NCBI GenBank assembly: GCA_002780005.1
Contig: PEWV01000032.1
Span: 8,123-72,122, forward strand
Source: Candidatus Aquitaenariimonas noxiae
Lineage (GTDB): Bacteria; Omnitrophota; Gorgyraeia; Aquitaenariimonadales; Aquitaenariimonadaceae
DNA length: 64,000 bases
Direction: 5' to 3'
The notes beneath the pieces were generated by a model. That model did not search any database. It saw nothing but the letters and a program-made list of their open reading frames with translations, and had not been told where the DNA came from. Shown here one piece after another: positions 58,867 to 64,000 of this stretch (position 1 is the first letter of the stretch; every line of letters begins with the position of its first letter). The translations under genes were made by a program, and so were the position numbers.

Positions 58867-61299
58867 TTAAGAAGACTCTTTTTTAATTATTAGTCGAATT
58901 AAAGTGCCCTTGTCATGTAACACAACCCTGTTGAACAATTTTAACAGGCAATAACGCACGGATCCTTTTTTAAAAAAAGGCCTATAAAAAAAAGTGGAAT
59001 ATTCCTGAACTTGTAGAATTTTATATTTGCAGAAATAATCACTGATAATATCTTTCGCAATAAAACCTTTATTTTTATCGATTAATATTTTGCTATTTTC
59101 AGCGGGAGAGTGGAAGTCGACCATTTTTATAATTTCTGTTTTAGAAAGGTCTCTTTTTACGAGATGGATTTTTTTTAAGTGTTCATTGATGTGTGCTTGG
59201 TGATAATCGGTTATTTTTTTTCCGCCACCAAACATTTTAAACAATTCTGCAAACAGCCGCAAATATGCGAAGGTAAAGAATTTTTTGTTCTGTTCATGTG
59301 ATATAATAATCAAACCATTTTTGTTTAAAATTCTATCTATTTCTTTTAAGCAACTTCCGTAATCAGGGAGATGATGCAATACTGCATTCAATGTAATAAC
59401 ATCAAACGTTGAATCAGAGAATGGCAATTTTTCCGCATCTCCCTGAACGAAAAAGATAAATTGTGTGCAAACGCTATCCTTAAATCTTTTTTTTGACTCC
59501 AGAAGCATATTGTAGCTGAGGTCATAGCAGACGAGGGTATCGATTGTTTCTAGATAATTTTGTATAGTGTTGCCAACAAATCCAGTACCGCTGCCAAGGT
59601 CTAAAATAGATAACTTGAATCCATCTCTACCTCGAGCCTCATTTAGGCGCTTAGACGCTATATTCTTCCACCATAGTATATCTCCTTCTAACACTTCGGG
59701 ATGGTTAGAATCGTATGTTTCTGCTTCGCTTTCATGATAGATATGATTTATTTCCTTGATTAATTTAACATTATATTCTATAGGGTCAGTTTGATTAAAA
59801 AATCTTTTAATTCTTCGTGATATTTCCCACAGGTAGCTTCGAAAAACATAAAGAGCCCATTGGTCTTTGCGAATAATAGATACTAACAAGTCGGCGGCGA
59901 TAATGACAGGTATTTGGGGAAGGTATTTAAAATATATATATAGTTTTTTCCTAAGAATAAATTTTGTGATATTCGAAGGTAATATAGGAAGAGCCCTAAA
60001 TAGTATTTGGAAATTAAGCAGATTGCATTTTTTCTTATCGGCGACAACGGAACCTGTAGAAAGATAGTTTTTCTGAAGACCTTGATTTATATTTTCAGTT
60101 ACATATTTTTCATTTATAATACAATTACGCAATGCGTACTTGGTTATATCAACTTCAGGGAAATATTCAAGCCAAAAAATACTTGCTCTTATCATATGTT
60201 TTCTTTCAGATAGGAATTCAATTGCCTGCAAAACATCTTCGTCTTTTTCACCGGGAAGCCCTACCATAACATCTACGGAATAGTTTAATCCAGCATCATC
60301 TAATGCATTAAGAGCGTGATATATTTCTTCATTTGTTTCTTGTCTGTTTAGCACTTTTCTGCGTATGCAGGGATTAAGCGATTCTATACCTATTTGAACA
60401 TGCCAACATCCAGCTTCTTTTAAGGCAGCAGCTATGCCAGGCGTGATAGTTTTTGGGTGACCCATAATTCTCAAAGGCACACCTATTCCTTTTTTATATC
60501 TTTCAAGAAATTCTAATGTCCAACTTCCGGAAGCCGCAAGGATGTTGTTCTTTATGTCTACACGTTTATAATTATAGCGTTCTTTCATAATTTTTAGTTC
60601 AGAAATTACACTTTCTACGGATCTCTCACGATAAAAAGGACTTAAATTATTTTCTTTTTCCCAATGCGCATAAAAATTCTGAGAACAATAAGAACAAGTA
60701 GCAATGCATCCCTTGTTCGTAACAGTAAGATAATAATCAGATATAGGTATGTATTTTTTAAATAATTCCTTATCTAGCAGGGGAAGTGTATCAAGATTTT
60801 GCATTAGAGATCGTGGGTTATTTTTTATAATTTCACCATCTTTTTTAAACCATAAATTTTTTATAGAATAATCCACACATCTGTTTTTCAAGCTCTCCAG
60901 AAGTTCAAGAAGCGGATACTCTCCTTCTCCCAGGCAAATAATATCTACACAATCTTCTGCTATGCATGTATCTGGTACTGATGTCGGATGTACTCCTCCC
61001 ATAATCACAGGCACATTTATTGTTTTCTTAACAGTTCTAGCTATGTCTAAACACCATTGATAGTTATCGGCAAATACTGAGAAAGCCAGAAGGTCTGGCT
61101 GATAATGGATGATATCCCTTATGACCTGTTTTTTATCACTCAATATTTTTGACAGAAACGGAATAGAAAAATATTGCTTATCATCAAAGAGGCCCCTGTC
61201 GAAAGCAAGGGTACATTCATGTCCATGCTGTTTCAATATAGCAGACAACGCTTCAATAGAAATTATTTCGGATCCGACAGCTGCAAACATTACTTTCAT
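58867..61299 (-). CDS. Cobalamin-binding radical SAM protein fused to a class I SAM methyltransferase
   Basis: GGVHPT, GEGE, NKGCIATCSYC, GIES; C-terminal ILDLGSGTG, GDAEKLPF.D..FD, VLHHLPD. Confidence 0.9.
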   Translation of the reverse strand: MKVMFAAVGSEIISIEALSAILKQHGHECTLAFDRGLFDDKQYFSIPFLSKILSDKKQVIRDIIHYQPDLLAFSVFADNYQWCLDIARTVKKTINVPVIMGGVHPTSVPDTCIAEDCVDIICLGEGEYPLLELLESLKNRCVDYSIKNLWFKKDGEIIKNNPRSLMQNLDTLPLLDKELFKKYIPISDYYLTVTNKGCIATCSYCSQNFYAHWEKENNLSPFYRERSVESVISELKIMKERYNYKRVDIKNNILAASGSWTLEFLERYKKGIGVPLRIMGHPKTITPGIAAALKEAGCWHVQIGIESLNPCIRRKVLNRQETNEEIYHALNALDDAGLNYSVDVMVGLPGEKDEDVLQAIEFLSERKHMIRASIFWLEYFPEVDITKYALRNCIINEKYVTENINQGLQKNYLSTGSVVADKKKCNLLNFQILFRALPILPSNITKFILRKKLYIYFKYLPQIPVIIAADLLVSIIRKDQWALYVFRSYLWEISRRIKRFFNQTDPIEYNVKLIKEINHIYHESEAETYDSNHPEVLEGDILWWKNIASKRLNEARGRDGFKLSILDLGSGTGFVGNTIQNYLETIDTLVCYDLSYNMLLESKKRFKDSVCTQFIFFVQGDAEKLPFSDSTFDVITLNAVLHHLPDYGSCLKEIDRILNKNGLIIISHEQNKKFFTFAYLRLFAELFKMFGGGKKITDYHQAHINEHLKKIHLVKRDLSKTEIIKMVDFHSPAENSKILIDKNKGFIAKDIISDYFCKYKILQVQEYSTFFYRPFFKKGSVRYCLLKLFNRVVLHDKGTLIRLIIKKESS

Positions 61300-61329
61300 A
61301 AGATTACCCCATGTTATAGCATATAATTT

Positions 61330-61867
61330 TTATGTTTTGATTTTTTTACACTTAAAAGATCTGACAGCATAGTAACTAAATTTCAAAAAAAGAAATAGGT
61401 TACCAGCATAATTAGAAACTCGCCTTTGAACTAATATATAATTCAGATTTGAAAAGAATCTAAATAAAAAATTATCTGGGATGGATGTAATGAGTCTAAA
61501 AAAAGGTTTCATAACTATGTATATTTTTCATGGTAATAGAGATATCCATCCAGGCAGACGTTGTAATACTACAATGCGTTGTGTATCTTTTCCAGATAGA
61601 AAAGAACGAGCCGGAAAATAATTCATGATATTGCTTTGTACTTTTTGCATATCGTAGTATCTTGCTATTTCCGTATGAGGATAAGGTTGTAGTATCGTTG
61701 GGGTCATAAAAGCGCCCATTTTTGTATTAGCCAATCAATTTGTTATATTTTTCAAATGATAAACTCACTACATCAGTATCATGGCCAGCGTTTTTTAAGA
61801 CGGCAGACATTGCTTGAAAACCATTTAACTCAAATGATGAAAGCTGAACAAATAATATTTTTGCCAT
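61330..61867 (-). pseudogene. Internally deleted cobalamin-binding radical SAM remnant
   Basis: ATG 61867 gives MAKILFVQLSSFELNGFQAMSAVLKNAGHDTDVVSL.. (B12-rSAM-type N-terminus), joined out of frame to ..ILQPYPHTEIA.. (C-terminal region), with in-frame TGA at 61530-61528. Confidence 0.75.
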
Positions 61868-61894
61868 AAGCACTGTTTTAATTAATCCCTTGTC

Positions 61895-63328
61895 TTACTT
61901 CGAGCCTTGAATATTTATGAATGAATAGAAAGCCATAAGTAATTTTTTTACATCTTCTATTGAATTAATTGAAAGTAATTGTCTAATAATCATTCCAGGG
62001 TTGAGATATAGTCTTCTGTAAGCCTCTTTTTGTTTTTTTAGCAGTATTTCTTTATCAAGTCCAAAGGGAACAAATATGGGAGTAGAGGAGGAAATTAACA
62101 GTTTGTCAAAATGAGAGCGAGAAAACACCCCATATGTTTCTGCTTTATTCCAGAGTTCTGTTCCTGGATATGGTGTCATAAGGCTAAAGACAGGATAATG
62201 CGATTTTAATGAAAGAGCAAAGTTTATTGTTTTTTCTATTGTTTCCAACGTTTCCCCGGGGTTTCCAAGTATGAAGAATGTTTTTAACATTAATCCAGAT
62301 TGCAAAGCTAGTTTGCATGTTTTTGTAACTTGATTTAGGGATACATTTTTTTTTATTAAACGAAGAATTCTTTCATCACCGGATTCAACACCAATAGCCA
62401 CAAGCCAACATCCAGATTTTTTCATCTCCTTAAAAATACCTTTATCTTTGATATTAGCATGCATATTAGCATACCAGCTTATAGCAATTCTTTTTCTTTT
62501 CAGCAATCGACATATGTCATATATACGATTTTCGTTTATAGAAAAAGTATCATCGCAAAAAAATACTTCTTTTACGCCAAACTGTTTGGTTAAAAATTCT
62601 ACGTAATCAACTACATATTCTGCACTATGCAAACTAACAGATTTGCCAAAAGGGGTATTACAAAAAATGCACTGATGGGGGCAGCCCCTTGAAGTAATAA
62701 TTGGCATAAAAGGCAATTTTTTGTAGTGAAGAAGATATGGTTTGTATTTAGAAATAGGTGGCAATAAATGAATAGCTGGAAATGGTAACGTGTCCAAATC
62801 GCTTATTCTGCCCCTTGGTTTGTTTACAATTATTCGATTATCAGAGGTTTTGAATACCAGGCCGTCTACATTAGAGAGATTTTTGGAGTTACTTTCAATA
62901 CTGTTTGCTAATTCCAATAGGGTTTTTTCGCCTTCTCCGATAACGCAATAGTCAAAAGGTATTTGTTCTAATGAACTTTCCGCCAGAAAAGTAATATGAG
63001 GACCTCCTGCAACAATTGATTGAACAACATTAGCTTTTTTAATTTCTTCAACTAATTTCGCAACTACATGACAAGAAGGCGTGTTGACATATATGCCTAC
63101 TAGCTGAGCAGATTGGTTTTTTAAATATCGAACAATATCAACAGTGGAAAGATGTAAGACATTTGCATCAAGGATTTTCACTTCATAACCATTTTTTATC
63201 AGGTAACTAGCAAGAGAACATAAACCGATCGGAGGTTGTAATGAGGCAAGAAGGCTGTATTTCCCATAGATATCTTTGATATCAGCGGGTGGATTAATTA
63301 ATATAATTTTAAGCCTGGCCTGTTTCAT
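61895..63328 (-). CDS. Cobalamin-binding radical SAM protein
   Basis: ILINPP, PPIGL..LASYL, AGGPH, IGEGE, TSRGCPHQCIFC, DDTF, GVESG, TPYPGTEL. Confidence 0.93.
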   Translation of the reverse strand: MKQARLKIILINPPADIKDIYGKYSLLASLQPPIGLCSLASYLIKNGYEVKILDANVLHLSTVDIVRYLKNQSAQLVGIYVNTPSCHVVAKLVEEIKKANVVQSIVAGGPHITFLAESSLEQIPFDYCVIGEGEKTLLELANSIESNSKNLSNVDGLVFKTSDNRIIVNKPRGRISDLDTLPFPAIHLLPPISKYKPYLLHYKKLPFMPIITSRGCPHQCIFCNTPFGKSVSLHSAEYVVDYVEFLTKQFGVKEVFFCDDTFSINENRIYDICRLLKRKRIAISWYANMHANIKDKGIFKEMKKSGCWLVAIGVESGDERILRLIKKNVSLNQVTKTCKLALQSGLMLKTFFILGNPGETLETIEKTINFALSLKSHYPVFSLMTPYPGTELWNKAETYGVFSRSHFDKLLISSSTPIFVPFGLDKEILLKKQKEAYRRLYLNPGMIIRQLLSINSIEDVKKLLMAFYSFINIQGSK

Positions 63329-63338
63329 ATACCTATAT

Positions 63339-64000
63339 TTAGAACAATGCTACATAATCTTTAAGGATAGAAAGCACTCCCTTATATTTCAACAGCGCAC
63401 TGACAAAACCCATGCATCGTATGGTGCAGTTTTTACAAAATTGATGTTTACCCTGCAAAATTCCGAACTTCATAACATTTTTTTTATCATAATAAATACT
63501 TCTAATATCACCCTTACTTAGCTGTAGAGGTAAGCCGTTACATGGAAAACTTATGCTTCCGTCCTGCTTGAGAGAAATAGCGATGTCCATCGCTCTGCAG
63601 CCATAGGAATCCAAGCCCCCATGTTGTATAATACTAAAAAATGGTTGAACGTTTGTAATTAGATTTTTATACTTCACCCTAAGAGATTTTATAGTATTAG
63701 CGTATTCTGAAAGAAAACTCGTATTAGAATCGAACATATTTTTTCCGGTCTCATTCATGGGTGTATATATACTTTTACTTAAAATCCCTATCGAAATTTT
63801 TACTCCTAATTTCTTAGCAATATCGCATAAGTCCTCCAACATTTCATAAGAAGTCGTAGGAGTATAAATTGTGGTAATCTGAGTTTTGCAATTTTTAGAA
63901 TTTAAAAATCGAAGTGTTTCAAGAGCTTTATTAAACGCGCCGGGAGCTTGTCGCATGGAATCGTGAAAATCTTCCGTGCCATCAATGCTTACATGTATCA
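63339..64000 (-). CDS. Radical SAM protein with SPASM/twitch-like C-terminus (5' end outside window)
   Basis: Frame open to the window edge: IHVSIDGTEDFHDSMR; C-terminal C...DG...PC...CKNCTIRC. Confidence 0.82.
   Translation of the reverse strand, partial: IHVSIDGTEDFHDSMRQAPGAFNKALETLRFLNSKNCKTQITTIYTPTTSYEMLEDLCDIAKKLGVKISIGILSKSIYTPMNETGKNMFDSNTSFLSEYANTIKSLRVKYKNLITNVQPFFSIIQHGGLDSYGCRAMDIAISLKQDGSISFPCNGLPLQLSKGDIRSIYYDKKNVMKFGILQGKHQFCKNCTIRCMGFVSALLKYKGVLSILKDYVALF

Noticed and set aside
61528-61530. TGA as selenocysteine or a recoded stop
   Set aside because: TGA is a normal stop elsewhere in the window (prfB site, secA, holA), no SECIS-like hairpin was seen, and it lies in an already deleted gene.

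Overview
Chromosomal window from a diderm, probably anaerobic bacterium. Gene content and order (leuS-comEA-comEC...bamD-lptE-holA, long SecA, lptC/lptB-tig-clpP, uppS-cdsA-dxr-rseP-ispG-proS) look PVC-like, possibly Ca. Omnitrophota; this is inference, not searched. Two housekeeping blocks (about 1-21.9 kb and 43.9-57.3 kb) flank a visibly more AT-rich ~21.8 kb surface-glycan island. The island carries a full pseudaminic acid pathway (pseB,C,F,G,H,I), an amidotransferase, two methyltransferases, a KpsS-like transferase, two flavoproteins, glycosyltransferases and radical SAM genes. A second radical-SAM-rich accessory block starts at 57.4 kb on the minus strand. No rRNA, tRNA, CRISPR or transposase was found. 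The most unusual signal is a set of 7/8-nt tandem-repeat arrays with a different unit at each locus. They occur as long intergenic hairpins right after stop codons and as in-frame inserts in leuS, lnt, pseC and proS. Two of them host ~55-bp GC-rich double-hairpin elements inserted at the same register of the same heptamer, including a three-level nested element at 18056-18342. Other points: prfB +1 frameshift with a UGA-G context, an LptC-LptA-like fusion, a probable Re-citrate synthase, a doubly frameshifted B12-radical SAM gene and an internally deleted B12-radical SAM remnant missed by the ORF track.
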